Source: Klebsormidium nitens (Eukaryota; Plantae; Klebsormidiophyceae). Taken from it: a DNA stretch of 36,089 nt. This document shows, piece after piece, positions 20,300-33,938 of the stretch (within the stretch, counting starts at the first letter, position 1; every line of letters begins with the position of its first letter). Location: the NCBI GenBank assembly GCA_000708835.1, contig DF237703.1, forward strand, positions 1-36,089, read 5' to 3'. The position numbers were made by a program, and so were the translations under genes. The notes below the pieces were generated by a model. That model was not told where the DNA came from, did no database searches, and saw only the letters and a list, made by a program, of their open reading frames with translations.

Positions 20300-23050
20300 G
20301 ACTGAAGCGATACGATCTTGCTGGGTGCTCTCCTATGCTTTGAGTATTCCTTTCTGAGTCTCTTCTCCAGAAACTTCAAAAGTATGTTTGTACTATCGAC
20401 CTTATTCTGCTGCCTGTGTGTCCACCAGTGCCTTTGATCGTTGAAGCTGCCTCTTGTCAGAGATTAGATTGCATTGCCATCTTTGAACGGATCACAGTGT
20501 CCACATAGTATCTGTTTGTTGGAACCAGACTTTTCTGTCCTTGAAAAACCAGGCTGGACCAATGTGTCTTCCAATCGAAAGATCAGAAATGTCTCCTAGT
20601 CCCTCAATTACGTGGGCACTGTGCAGAGTGTATCAAGTCAAGAAGCCAGCACAGGCCTGGCTTGTCAATTCTATGTCGGAACTTTTCTTACATTTGTCAC
20701 GATGATCAGCCATCAGCAAGACAGGGGTCTGAGCAATTCTTTTGGAATGTAAGACGTCTTACCAAACAGTAAATGACTAGGATTGTCAGCGATGTAATAT
20801 CCTTATTGTGGTAAGCTGAAAGCTGGGGGTAGCAGCGAGCAAAACGCGTTCGCATGTTGAAACGAGACCTTTTAATCTGCTATTCAAGAATGCTGGTTTC
20901 AATTGGAATGGAGGGCAAATGGTTTTTAAGCCCCAGTAGTAGCACAAGTCTTGGTAGCATGAAGGCAATGGCAGCAACACCTTGATCACAAATTTACTGG
21001 GGCGAAAGAAAGTCTCGTTGTTGTTAGTGCAATAACCTGCAAAATTGTCAAGGAAGGCGCGACAATAGCAATAGAAGAGCGCCAACTTGTACGGTTTATT
21101 TTTGACTGTAAAGACTGTCGACAAGCACTTTCTTATTCCTACAGGTAATCACGCCCGGAGACTGGGCAGGCTAAAGACTTTAGAATGGGCCATAAAGGTT
21201 GTAGCAGCGGATGAAGTCCTGTTGCGCGTTGTCACGCGCCCGCGGCAGTACAATTGAGAGAAGAGGGGCGCGTTTACAACCCTGCATTCACCCACTGTAA
21301 GGTGAGAGGACTCCAGCTGATATTTAGAAATGTTCCATCAGGGCATCGTTCTTGAAGGGGTGGCTGCTTAGAATGCTACAATCTGTTACGCTATTGATAT
21401 GGCAGGCCACTCCCTGTAAATGGATCCGCGGTGAACTTCGAGGAGGAGTGTTACATGCATCCCTGTCATTAGTGGCCCAGTGGGCCCTCTTCAAACCAGC
21501 CTGGTCACTGCGGATGGCCCTTGTGCTTGCTTGAAGCGTTTGTCTTGGCAGTTGCGCAGGGATTACCTTAATGAACTTTTAAGCTTCACATCAACAAGTA
21601 CTTTCATTCTTAATGCCAAAGCAACATCACTGGCTTCTCCAGTGAAGATACTGGCCCAGAGATATGCATTACGACTACTGTTTACTTGCATCAGGCCATC
21701 CTCAATGTCTTGAATTTCTTGCAAAGCCATATTCGATCCACCTTTGAAAGTAGTAGCTTCAGAACGTCCTTTTTTGTCCTTCTGTTTTGCAGACCAGAAG
21801 CTGGGCCTCATTTGACCCAGAGCGGAGAGAACTTTGCCAGGCCAAGGTACGGCGCCGCCATTTTGTGCAAGGTTCGCTCTTCTTCATCTTCATGTCCAGA
21901 GATTGCTGTGTCATGTCGGGATTATCTGCAACACATTTCCCAACGTATGTTGAGGCACAAATCGTTGGCTGAAAATCTCCAACGGGATTTTGCGATTTTG
22001 GTGAGTCTGCGTGGCCACTTCGGTTTAAGCAGATACGTTTCTCGCTCTGAAAATGTCGGGGCTTCCTGTGTTTCCTTGCAGATCAGAGTTGCACATTTAG
22101 AAAACAAAATAATGTACGTTCACGCACAAGCGTCCCTGAATGTGTTCCCTGCTTTGGTTGCGCTAAACGACGTGTTTGCAAGATATTCTGATGTCCTGAT
22201 ATTTTTTCATTGATGCAGGGCCCACATTCGAAGGGCCAGCTCGGTGGCACAAGGGGGCTGGGGGGTAGTTCGTACAATTGGGGATGTTCATAGGTCGGGT
22301 CCCGTCTATTGGAACAAGGAGGGCCACAGAAGGAATGTGCTGATGTGATTGTTTTTCCCAGCTCAGGTGCCAAGTAAAGTCCCTTCAATGCTCATGACGC
22401 TCTCTGAAAGGCCAATATTGGAGATGCACGCGAGCGCTCTTTAAAAGTTGCTTTGCTGCTCTTTGAGATGCACAAAGTCGAGACGTGACTTACTTGCACC
22501 TGGCGGCTATTAGGACAAGAGCGATGCATCCTCAAAGCTTCCATGATGACACCCTTAAGTCCTAGATATTTGGTGGGTCAATTCTGAGCATGCGGATTCA
22601 TGTGTCTCGACTTGGTCTGCCATAGGTTTGCGGCTTTAACAGTGATAACAATATTCAGAGCATGGTCGCCGATTCATGATGTGCCAGTACGTCAAAAACA
22701 TTACAAGGACCTCGTAGTCGAATGTATCTCTGATCTGGAGGAACGATTGGCATTAGTCCATTCACATGTTTGTAAAACTGCGTATGTACATGGCTGCCAA
22801 CGTGCCAATACAAGGTGTAGATGGCACAGATTTACAAAATAAGTTGCGGCTCGTGACCGCGCCCGTGCCATGATTCCATCCGGCTTGATTTCAAATCTGC
22901 ACTACCCATTCTGGAGCTTACTCTTTATCACGATGCCCTAGTCCTACAATTTTTGAACAACATCGATATAAAAAGCAGTGCCACAGTGCGCTATATCCAA
23001 GTTTCAAGTGATAGTAGATACTGCATGGTCATAGATATCCCTCGTCAGAG
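20300..23050 (-). pseudogene. Degenerate unidentified coding relic (possible transposase or viral-type gene)
   Basis: Minus-strand frames read as protein-like for hundreds of codons with scattered stops (e.g. 21690-22210 and 22560-23040: ...IRDTFDYEVLVMFLTYWHIMNRRPCSEYCYHC*). A 175-aa shadow ORF lies on the plus strand. No family motif recognised. Confidence 0.3.
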
Positions 23051-23355
23051 TCCACGTTAACTATTTATTAGGTACTATATATGCGCTGTGCAGCAGCGGC
23101 CGTGGCCCGCCAGGACACATACTTTGAAATCTCAGCTTCAGCGGCGCCCCCGGGAAACGCGGCGACATGGGCTTAGGCTATAAGGTAAATTCAACGATTT
23201 CGATGAAACGGAGCCCGAATTGCTGTTTAGAATGCCCGGAAGCTGTATCGAAAGTGACCCGAACATTTAAACAGTTCCTCTACGAAAGAAGCAGTTGTAG
23301 CAACCCGAATTGGCACCGCTGCGGCTCCGCCGCAACAATGTCGCGCTGAGGAACC

Positions 23356-23390
23356 ATAAGGGGTCGGGCCCTGCGGGCCCGAGCCCTTAT
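23356..23390. repeat. 16-bp-stem hairpin / palindrome
   Basis: ATAAGGGGTCGGGCCC-TGC-GGGCCCGAGCCCTTAT, 1 mismatch, 3-nt loop. Confidence 0.8.
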
Positions 23391-24121
23391 CGCCTCCGGC
23401 GATGGCCGGCCCGACCCTTTGAATTTTCGCCGGGGTCCATGTCCACCCCTTCAGTGGGGCCGGACTGCTTGTGCCAACGCCCACTCCCGACCTGCAGCTA
23501 TTGACGGTTGCAGGGAATTGTACCTTTCTCAAATGTAAGCTGGCCTCTCGCAAATGATGACCAGGTCAGCTAGCAAAGTGAACTCTTGATGCAATGCAAA
23601 AACCGACAGCATCATCATGAATAGTTTTGTGGCTCAAGGCATTGATAAAGCATGAGACGGTGACCATACAAATGCGTCCATAGTCGCCATTTGATTAGGA
23701 TTACATGTCATGCTTGTCGTCGCTAGATGCTGTTATGCTATTATTCTCGTCACTACATAGATTCGCGGTCTGGTCAGACTTTGCAGCATATATTGTTGAG
23801 CTATGGGACTGCGAGACTGCCGCGCCTAACATGGCTCGCAGATAATTAAATTGGAGCGAACTCGCTACATAAGTTGTCCGGATTAGAAGCCTGTCATACA
23901 TGCGGGCAAGACCATGCCAACTCTAGCAAGTACAGGGTCAGGATGACAACTATCCTTCAAGTAGTTACACACTTTACAAGCTACATCACTGTAATATAAG
24001 CATATAAGCAACTTTTTTTTCAGTCCGTGTCTGTCTAATGAGTGTGCGCCACTCATTTAGCAGCAAATACATCAAGGACATGGGACAAAAGGACTGTATA
24101 GTGAACGCATGTTCCAGGGTG

Positions 24122-27100
24122 CTATTGCGACTCCCTTTGTAAAAGCGTAAGCTCTGTCTCCCAGTCAGCTTGCTCAGAACCATTGGCTTCTAGCTTAACG
24201 ACCTGCAAATAGACACCCCAATAATGCCACTGACGAAGTTACGATGGCAAAATTTCAGCTTCGAATATTTGCAACTTTTCCCCACATTTCAGAAAGTCGA
24301 GCTTCGGCCAAAAGATGCTGCCGCCCAGCAGACTTTCTTGGGCGCACTCACAGAAGGCGTGCGCTCAACGAGGCAGCTGGAGGCGACCTACCTCTCGCGA
24401 CCTTCCCGTGTCTTGCTCTGGCCGAAGCCAGTTCAACGACACCCCGCAGTTGATAATACTAGGCATCAACCGGAACATGATTGGAGTGGTTACCTGCACA
24501 AGACGGAAAGGAGCAATCGGCTTTGCACACGGAATGCCAAGTGAGTTGCTCTTCATGAAAATATCGCCGGTTTCCGGAAGCTGTTGTCTTAACGGAAGCG
24601 TTTGATGGCAAGGCTCCAGAAATTATCGAGATTCTCCACGCGTTATGGCATTGCCAGCAGGCAAGCCACCTCTTTGGCTGAATACGCCGGAGAACTGAAG
24701 TTTCTTTTCCAAGCACTCCTTGATGAGATTGTCTCTTCAGAAAATCCACTGTTATCAGTCGATTAGCCGGCAAAATATCATGAGGTTGAGTCCTCTGTGA
24801 TCGATCCATTGGGCCGTACGTACAAAACGTCAAGCAAATCCAAAAGTTCAGAAGTATCCACGAAAGAGAGCATCTGTATTTTGTGGCAGAGCATCTCCAC
24901 AATCTCTAGGCTGATCCCTCCGGCCGTTCAACACGAAGTGTCAACACAAACGAGCATAAGCCCGAACAAAAGCAATCTAATTGGAACGCACTTACGCGCT
25001 GATCCACATAGAAAGTAGCAAAAGTAGTAGCAGTTAGCGGAATCCTTTTGCAACTTTGCTCCCTTTCTGCTTTACGCTCCGAAAACACGAGGCCATGAGC
25101 AGACCTGACAAGCAGAGCAGGGACTTACCAGACTCAGGGCAGTAGTTCCCAGTAGCAATAAGTAAACCCGCCGCTGCAAGCACGCGGCGCATGCATTAGC
25201 AGTTGTCGCATTAACCTAAGGGCACCCAGATGACTAGTTCGTTGAGCAGACCAGAATATTTCGCTTCGGAGTTACTTCAGCTAGTGGCCATGCTTCTAGA
25301 TTCCGCACCGATGCAAGCCTGGGGCTGAAGGATAGCAGACCCCTGCAATCTTTCCAAGCAAGACAATGCGAGGTGCAGCGCAAGCGAGAAAAGCTCAAAG
25401 CTGCCGCCCACAACGGCAGAACCTTGCAACCAAAGATGCATACTGAAAGCAAAGAGTCTTGGAGGTTAGATAAATATTAGCCCCAGATGCCGGAATCCGG
25501 GGGTTCCTGAGCTCCTAAAGGTTTGAACACTAAACGCCCAAGGTCTAAGCCTATATTCTTAACACCTTGGGAAACTGTGTTCCGGGGCCTGTCTGCAGAG
25601 TGCGCACCTCAATCAGATTCACGTTGGACGCTCGACTGAGCAAGACAAACGCAAATTCGCCGATCTGGGCCAGCGAGATGCCGACCTACGCATGGAAGAG
25701 GGAGTCAGCGGGGGCAGCAATAGGGTTAAAGCGGCTTCAGTGAAGGGGACTATAGCAGGGGGCAGCTTCAAAACTGGAGATAACTCTGCAGTGACTTGTT
25801 CGGAACTGTTCGATGGGCACCAGGTAGGGCACAATACTTAACGCCAGCTCTAAGCATCACGATCTTCCGAACATCGAAGTTTCATGCACTGTAAATCTGC
25901 AACCTGCTGTTGAACCCTGTTTCCAGAAGGAAGTCCAAATGGCAATCTGCACAGGATGAGGGGAAGACGTGCACGGCAATGATCTGGAAGAACCTTTCGA
26001 CAAGTTACAAGTACGAACCAGAACTTATTTTTGGATCCTAGCAGTTCACAGGTCCAAGGATCCTGACCATCAGTGCGGTGCGCAACGAGTAGCCAAAGCC
26101 GCGCACAACAGTGGTGACGAGAGTGGTCTTGACGACGAACACAAGGACGACAGAGAGGCAGAGAATGTCCTTGTGCTGCCACAGGAAAGTGGGGTTCATC
26201 AGCATCCCAATGCTGCTGAGGAACAGCGCTGCAAACACGTTGCGCACCGGCTCCACCTGCAACCAACACGAGAATTAACAAGAGTTGATTTCAAGCTTGA
26301 AACTTGTCATGTTGCGGAGTTTTGTGTCTAGGCAAGTGCCTCAAACACACTTTGCAGCAGCTCCGCCTAAGCCGTCGACCATAGCTTCAGGACGCTGGAG
26401 AAATCAAAACCTCTTTGCCAAAAGAATCTGGGATTGCAGGCGGAATGTGCTAAGTTCTCAAACGAGAGTGCGGGAATATGGTCTTCTGAAGAACCGGACT
26501 CTAGAGCTCCACAATGCCAGCAAGGAGAACAATTCATGGCTCAACCACCAAGCTCCTACCTTCACAGGGTTGGTAGACTCGGAAGAAAGCACTTTTCGCA
26601 CAAAAAAGGGTAGAAAACGCGGATTGCAAGAGCAAGCCATCAGCTACAAACAAAAGGCGGAAAATGATAGACAGGAAAAGATGAGACTCCAAGATTCGAA
26701 CGCTGACTCAAGCAGAGAAAAAAGACAGCAGAGACAAACACGGGCTTATCCAAAGCAAGGAGCATCGTTAGAAACAACATGTTGAGGGACAGCAGGAGTC
26801 ATACTTTGACCTTCGTCGGACTTTCGTCGAGTTTAATAACAGTGTTCCACAAAGTCAGCAAACATGAGAGCATGCAGACCAACCGCCACCCAGCAGTTGA
26901 GAATACGGATAGAGCCAGAGGGCGGAATAGGAGAGGCCGCACCTGATGCAAGGTGTGCTCTTGGTACTGCGTGGATGAGATCATGACACCGGCCGCAAAG
27001 GCCCCCAGCTCCACACTCAGGCCGCACTGGTCCGTGACCTGCAAACGCGCAACATTGAGGGTTGTCTGTTGAAGCTTCAGCATCTCAGGTTTGTGATTTA

Positions 27101-30100
27101 GGATGTTGAATGCAGATTCCTGGGTGTACAAGTCAGATCCCATTCCCAACGACTCGAACAGGATCTGGATCGTCCAGATAGAAGGCACACTCGGATTTCG
27201 AGGAGAGACAGAGTAAGCAAGAAAAGTCGAGTGAGCGAGCAGGACAACCGTGCTTCGTTTGAAACATCTGTGTGCCCCACATCCTCTTGTGCAGACATAT
27301 CAATAGCACTAAACGCTCAAAGCAGGGTTTCTGGGGGATACGACTTCCCCAACCAGCTGGAACCCTGGGCAAAGCTCGTGTCATCACTGATGAAGCCCCC
27401 TGTGACATACGATCCCCAAACTTGGCAGGAAGCCAGGTCTTCTGAACGTTGCAGGAAGCAAAACGGTTGGCTCACCCAGGCCACGGCTAGGCAGAAGGCG
27501 ATTGCGAACAGCTGGAACAACTCGTTGGACTGCAGCACACGACTACACACGTCAGAGATGGAGCATCATACAACCAAACAGTGAGCAGCATGAATGTTGT
27601 CCTTGAGCACGGAAGCAATTCCTATACCGCCGTTTGGACAGTAAAGCTCTTGCCTGAATTTACTCCACAGAAGGGTGGGGCTTACCATCCAGCCGCTCAG
27701 ACCGCGCACATTTCAGAGTCCTGAAGCACTACAAATCGGGGAACTTGCCTGGGCAGAGAGCCTGGCGACGAGCTCCAAGACTCGTGGCAGTAGGAGGCGC
27801 GCCGCTAGAGTGGCCAGCGCCAGGAACATGCCCAGTAGCATCACCCTGACAAGAAATGCAGAGGTTCTTGCGTCGTCAAAAGGAATTGTACCTGGATTTG
27901 CAACGAGACCTACTCTAGTCCCGGAAGCTGGTCTATCTGGGACCAGAGCATTGGAGCCCCATAAATAGCTCTCAATGGAAGATAGAAGGGAAGCACTTAC
28001 GGAAGGGTGCGAGAAGGTCATGGCTGACATCAGGCAACAGCCTACAAGTCCTTGCATCACACAGTGTCACCCTCGCTAGTACTCGCTGAGTAAATGGTTA
28101 TGCCCGTTTCCTGAACGGGTTTGGCTGATCCAAACGGTCCACGATCAAGGAACGAAGGCAAGACCCGAAGGAAGGGCAAGGTCGACACAAGGGCAACTTT
28201 GATGCAAGCATTGTCCAAAACTGCCTCACGAAACCCGACTGCCTTGCAGCTTTTGGGTGGTGTTTGAGTCCGACAAAGGTTTCCAAGCCAGGCACCGTGG
28301 TTAGCGCAGGTTGATTGTACTTGCCAGATCGTACAAAGTGGGACTAGCAGGGAGAAGAACGCTGTTTGAAGTGCGTTGCGTGCTACGACTGTGATAACAC
28401 CAAGGATTGAAAAGCGCTTGAAAAGCTAACGTGTTTCGTCCAAGCTTCACAAGTACACGGGACCACTGTGCAAGTTCGGTCTGCAGCCTCACCGCATTCT
28501 TTTGGCGAGCTATCACCCGGAGCAAGGCCCCACATTGTAGCAGGTGCAAGCTCGCAGAAGGTCAGGCCAAGCACCAAAGAAACGGATGAATCTGATCTTC
28601 AACAGTTGTGGCGACCTTAGGGACAGTAACAAACACAGCCAGAGCGCACTTACTCGCGAGACATAGAGATGACCCCCTGGGCGAAATTGCCGCCCCCCAG
28701 GATGGGCAGCAACGCAAAAAGCATGCCCACGCAGCAGTCCTGGCAGCCAGCCCATATTTTGTCAATAAACACGGAGCTGTTTTTAAGAGGAACAGAGGGG
28801 GTCGTGAGAGGGGAAAATGAAGTAGAGGAGTGAAATCCTGCAAAGTCAAAAGTAATTACACCGGAAGGTAAGGACGACAATGAGCAACAGAGGAAGCACG
28901 GGCCAGTCATACGTAACAAACAAACTACGACGGGGATGGGGAACGACCTAGCGAAGGAAGGGGAGGGACCGGATGCCTCCGTAGATTCAGCTGAATTTTC
29001 CAAAAAGCTGCGACACCAGGAAAGTCTGCCCGTTCGGCATTGGGACCTTGCTGTTGCTGCTGCCCGTGATCTCACCTGCAAAATGAGCGTGCCCACCGTA
29101 ATCTGACCGGGCAGAGAGCTCATGGAGCCCTTTTCGCCCAAACACTTCAACACCTGTAAGAAAGGGGAGTCGGGTGACAAAACCGGCCAGATCTTTCCGA
29201 AGTGCAGTGCACAGGACCTGATACAGGACAATACAGTTTTGACGACGGTAAGGAAGCACGCTGGTACGATTGCAGATACGATACAGGTGCAAGGTAGGTA
29301 TACATTATAGATCTGCATAACAATGTGGGTCAAAATAGGTTTGCTGATCCTCAATAAAAACTCTGAAAGCAAAAGCTGCAGAACAGCAATCGAACACGAT
29401 GGTGCAGCGAAAGCTTGGACAAGACGCCCGGACAGTGAAAGACAAGCTACTTGACAGTTCACAGAGGTAATCCTGCAAGGCGCACTGCTTACCACAGCCG
29501 TAGAAGACATCGACATGAAGGCGCCAACGAAGATGCCCTCGGACACGTTGCCCCCCGCTAACTGCACATGCCACATGAGTGTTATCATCTACCCGTGCAG
29601 CAGAACGGCCAAAATTGGACGTAAGGATGGGTTTCAAGAATGTCGACAAGCAAAGAGGGTACAGAAAGAACGCAAAGCAGAGCTTTGACGAGCTTGCTGA
29701 CCGCGCACATCGCAGTGAGGAACAGGCACGCTGCTCCAACAAATTCGCGGACGTCGTACTTGCGCTAGTGCCCCACAGACGGCCATGAAAAGGCCGATCT
29801 GGAGGAGCCCTCCGAACACGGCCACATTTTGCACCACACGCAGCTGCAAGGTAAAGGGGAACATGGCTCACGACCACAAGCTGGGCAACAGATTGTTGTA
29901 TCCAGTTTCAATTGCCCCATAACCAAGGCTGCTGTCTAGCCAGGTCCAGAAAATGAGCTCCGATTGCAGAGATGACAGCACTTGGGGCAACCAGGCCAGC
30001 TGCATTGCAGGCTGTCGTGTTCCTCAACGTCATGGTGCGCTTGTTGCCAGTTCCAGGGAGCTGACAGAACTTTTAAATTTACTTTGGTGAGCTGGAATCC

Positions 30101-33100
30101 GCTTCCGACAGCCAAAGACAGCCTTTTCGATGCTGGACCCAACACTTTTTCTTGTGATCGCAGCGGGCTGCAGACCGGCAAACCTTAAAGAAGTTCTCAT
30201 GTCTGCGCTACTCTGTTGACCAATTATAATCAAGTGCCACATCCCCAGATCCTATCCAATGGAGCCAAAGATCCATCCCTCGTCTTGGCTCAATACTTGA
30301 CAAAATCAAGGTACAGTATCTTTCGAGAAATTCTCCATCTGGAGCTGGCGATTTATTCCCTCACCTTAGCGGCGGAGAACTCTAGGCCCAGCGCAAAGAG
30401 GAGGAATACCACCCCTAGCTGCGCGAGCGTCTCCACCTGCGAAACACCCACAGGTGCTGATGACCAATTGGACATATTGTCTGCAGCTCTTAGCGCGTGG
30501 TCCTAGGATCCTAAAAGGTGACTTCGGAAGTGACTTTGGGGCTGAACATATCATGTGCAAAAGGACCGATAAGGAGACCGCTGAAAATCGATCGCCAAAG
30601 CAACGTCTGGCAGTGTCATCGTGGGGACGGATTTGAGGCAGGCGCCCTCGGGGCAGGCCGTTGGGCGTAGAAAACAAGCTAAGAGCCCATACATGGTAGA
30701 GATCCTTCAGCCCATCTAGGCAACATCTTCAGTAACAGAAGGCCTCGGACACAAGTGGAAGCAGAAGCGATTGAATGCGGGTCCATAACACGGGTTGGTC
30801 AACGCCATCTCCCCTTCTTGCAAACAATCCGACGGAGGTCTTGGAAACAAGATCCTAAGAATGCTAAGTTCTTTCAGGTCGCAAACCACCATAAGTTGGC
30901 AAGATCCGCATGCTTCGCCAGCATATGACCTGTTAACACGTAAAAGGAACTTCGGTGACCATTCGGGTACTTGTTATGATGCGTCAAACAACTGAACGGA
31001 TGTTGTTACCCTCTTCAGCATACTTGTGATGGAGCCTCAAAACATCGCCGCAGATGGCCGAACATGCTCGCCAAAAAGGAAAATGCAATCTGAGACAGCG
31101 ACATGAATTGAGTAAAGTATCGTTGCCGTCTATTCTCGCCGAAGAAACATTTCTTCTCAAATACCTTCATAATGCAGACTCAAAAGAAGGATTCGTGTAG
31201 TCACCTGGACCAACTCGTTGATGAGGCCAAGGCAGCCGGGACCAATGAGCGACCCTGCAGCAATGTAGCCCGTAATCACTGGCTGCCCCAGCAGCGCAAA
31301 GAGGACCCCACCAACCGCCGCAGAAACGATCACGATCACAAGGTCCGCGATGAATCTGTTGAGGACCACAGGGAGTACGAGGGATTGCAATGGAGCTTAG
31401 GGGAGCAGCACGACTCATAGGGAAAGTCTTCGGCATGTGCTGGCAGACACAGCAGCTCAGCTTTGGGCACCTAAGCAATACTCAGTCCAAAGCCTGAAGA
31501 TCCTGGCGGTAGGCCAACCAGCGCCTGCTTCTGACTAGCAAAGAAACTACCGAGCAAAGGTCTGCAGAGTGTCTTCTTTTGTAGATATACTTTTGGTAGG
31601 CCGCAATGCCTTTTATAAAAAATCCAATCACAAACCACCAGAATTGCGGAATGAATGTTCCTACAGCCCTGTCCTACCATTGCAAGTTAGCCAAAGAACG
31701 CGCCGCTGCTCAAACCACGAGCAGTCGCCTTCTTCATTAAGAACCAACCTTGAAACGTTGTTCACAGCCCCACGTCTACCACCCAAGTCCACCTAGATTT
31801 GACTTTTCAGGTATGAGTCAGGGGAAGGGGGGCGAGGCCGGAAACTCACTTGAGGTCCTGCTGGAGCATCATGTTGCCATTGGCAGGATTGGAGATGACA
31901 AACACGTTGTCCTGCGCGCAGGCACTGAAAGATTTCAACATCTACCTTATTTGGTCTTAAAGCGCCTGGTAGTGAACATCTTGTATGATTGTACTCAATG
32001 TTTGTCTCAGGCCACTCAAGTTATGCATAAAGTTGAAATTATGGTGAAGTCAGCACAAGTCAATGCTATCTAAGAGCTGGAAATCTGAAGGAGGCAAGCA
32101 CTAAGACCAGGCGGTGCAAGAAGGGGGAAACAGGAGGGCTTGAATTCGAGACTCAAAGGGGACCAGGCAGCTTTATCAAGTGGCTCCTATTTAATTACCT
32201 ACTTCAAGCTAACTTGCTTCCACCGGTTTTGCTATAAGCAACGTTTACGGTTTCCCAATCAAATACTCATACGAACCTTCGCAACTCCCCCAGCTGACAG
32301 GACGCCCTTCACAAAATTTTAAGCAGCAGTTGAAGCTGGGGTGCAGAGAGACGACCTTCAGTCCTTTCTGTTCCTTTCAAAATGCCAACTGTTCCCTTGA
32401 AGCTTCCTTCTTCAGCTTTCGGCCTACCTCCGCATCAATGAGCCGCTCCACGTCTTCAGCATCCCCAGTTTTGTCCGTCTTGATGAGATCCCCCAGCTCA
32501 AAGGAGTGTGCCTGGCTCTCACTGCACACTCAACATTGGGTGGGGTGAAGCACTGGCAAGTGGCAAACTTTCAAAGGCCCTTCTCTGCAGAGTTGATTGG
32601 TCAATCCCTTTCAAGGCACATTGACACCCTAGCGTTCAACGAACAAAAGCAGACATTACAGGAAAGGCTGCATCAAGCTAAGTAGACAGGAAAGGGAAGG
32701 TACAATCAGGTCAAGCACAGGTCCTGCTAAGCTGTCACAAGAGCCAAATTCAGCACACGGCATTCGGGTCCTTCTTACTTGGAATCAATTTTGTGCGTCG
32801 AAACACGCGCCACCGTCTCCAGCACAGCCTGCAGGAAGATTTGAAAGCACTGATTTGAAAGCACTGATTTGAAAGTACTTTGCTAATGAAAGCACTGATG
32901 GTGGTAAGCACAGCTAGCCCTTAAGCCATGCAGAGGGGGCCAATAGCGAAGTTCCAGCGACTTTGTCTGCTAGCCTCATTGTCTTGTCAAGAGCAGCAAG
33001 CTTTCAACCAAAGCAGACTCAAGCGGCGCAGATCGGCACAGGACTGAACCCGGAATCTGTCGCTGTCTTGGAACCCACTTCTGAGAATCCAACAACTTCT

Positions 33101-33938
33101 GGCACTGCAAATCCAGCCAAACACTGGGAATCAGCAACCTTTCAAACAATGATCCGTAGTGTCCCATGACAATATCCTGACTACTGACTCACGTTCTGCG
33201 CCTCCACACTGCTATTGAAGTTGCTGATGCTCGTCCTGTTGACGTCTGCACACAATTGATACGCAACAGGTCAACCAAATATCGGAGCTTTCCCCAAAGT
33301 CAACAACAAATAAAGCTCTTCTGAAAGCCTCCACGTTTGGCAGCCAAAGCAACATCCAAGCTCAGCAAAGACAACGCTTCTACCTGCATTTCCCCAATCC
33401 TTGATGCAAGCTCATATTTTTGGAAGCAATCAAAGTTTCAACTGACAAACGAAATGCACGGAACACAGAGCGGCAGTGTCCGGAACCTCCCAGATGCTGT
33501 ACCTTTGTGCAGCTCCTCGTCCGGGAACTCCTTCTCCAGCACTTTGTCAAGCATGTGCGCCAGCGTGCCCCCCCCTTCCGAATCACCGTAGTCCTCATCG
33601 TTGTCACCCCCAGCGATCTCTAGATCCAGCGGAAGTGGCCCTATGACTCGATTTTCTACAGGCAAGGGCTCCAACTCCTTGAAGACCTCCTTTGAATCTC
33701 CAAACAGCTCGTCATCCAAGTGTGGATCAAAGTCTGCTTCTTTCAAAGCACGCGCATAAGCTGCCCCCGCCCACCGCCCCTCTTTTGTTGATATTGTCCG
33801 TCCCTGCACAAGCAACCCACTGGCCAAGTCCCCTGGCCTGGGAAACGCGCGACCCCGTGCCCTTGCCTGGACAGCACTTGCGAAGAGCCCCAAGATAAGA
33901 ATGACAACAGGCAGGAGGAAGCACCTGAGAGATGTCAT
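24122..33938 (-). CDS. KEA: K+ efflux antiporter, CPA2 family, KEA4/5/6 (endomembrane) clade; about 658 aa, 19 exons
   Basis: Exons (minus): 33938-33503, 33245-33193, 32828-32779, 32521-32428, 31911-31850, 31355-31205, 30436-30365, 29843-29760, 29561-29493, 29153-29076, 28739-28654, 27845-27749, 27529-27476, 27038-26943, 26256-26068, 25685-25608, 25173-25129, 24493-24392, 24202-24122. Phases are consistent and the total is 1977 nt. Motifs match Arabidopsis KEA4-6 as I recall them: MLDKVLEKEFP, AVLETVAR, DLVIVIVSA..GG..FALLGQPVITGY..AGSLIGPG, GIFVGAFMSMSSTAVVLK, GQITVGTLILQD, ELGAFAAGVMIS, SLAQIGEFAFVLLSRA. The last exon is the least certain. Confidence 0.93.
32838..32899. repeat. 14-bp tandem repeat in KEA intron 2
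   Basis: GATTTGAAAGCACT x2, one variant copy and a partial fourth copy, next to the exon 3 acceptor. Confidence 0.8.

Noticed and set aside
26285-29588. 166-aa plus-strand ORF (26285-26785) and 312-aa minus-strand ORF (28650-29588)
   Set aside because: The first is intronic or antisense to KEA with no motif. The second is three real KEA exons read through phase-0 introns.
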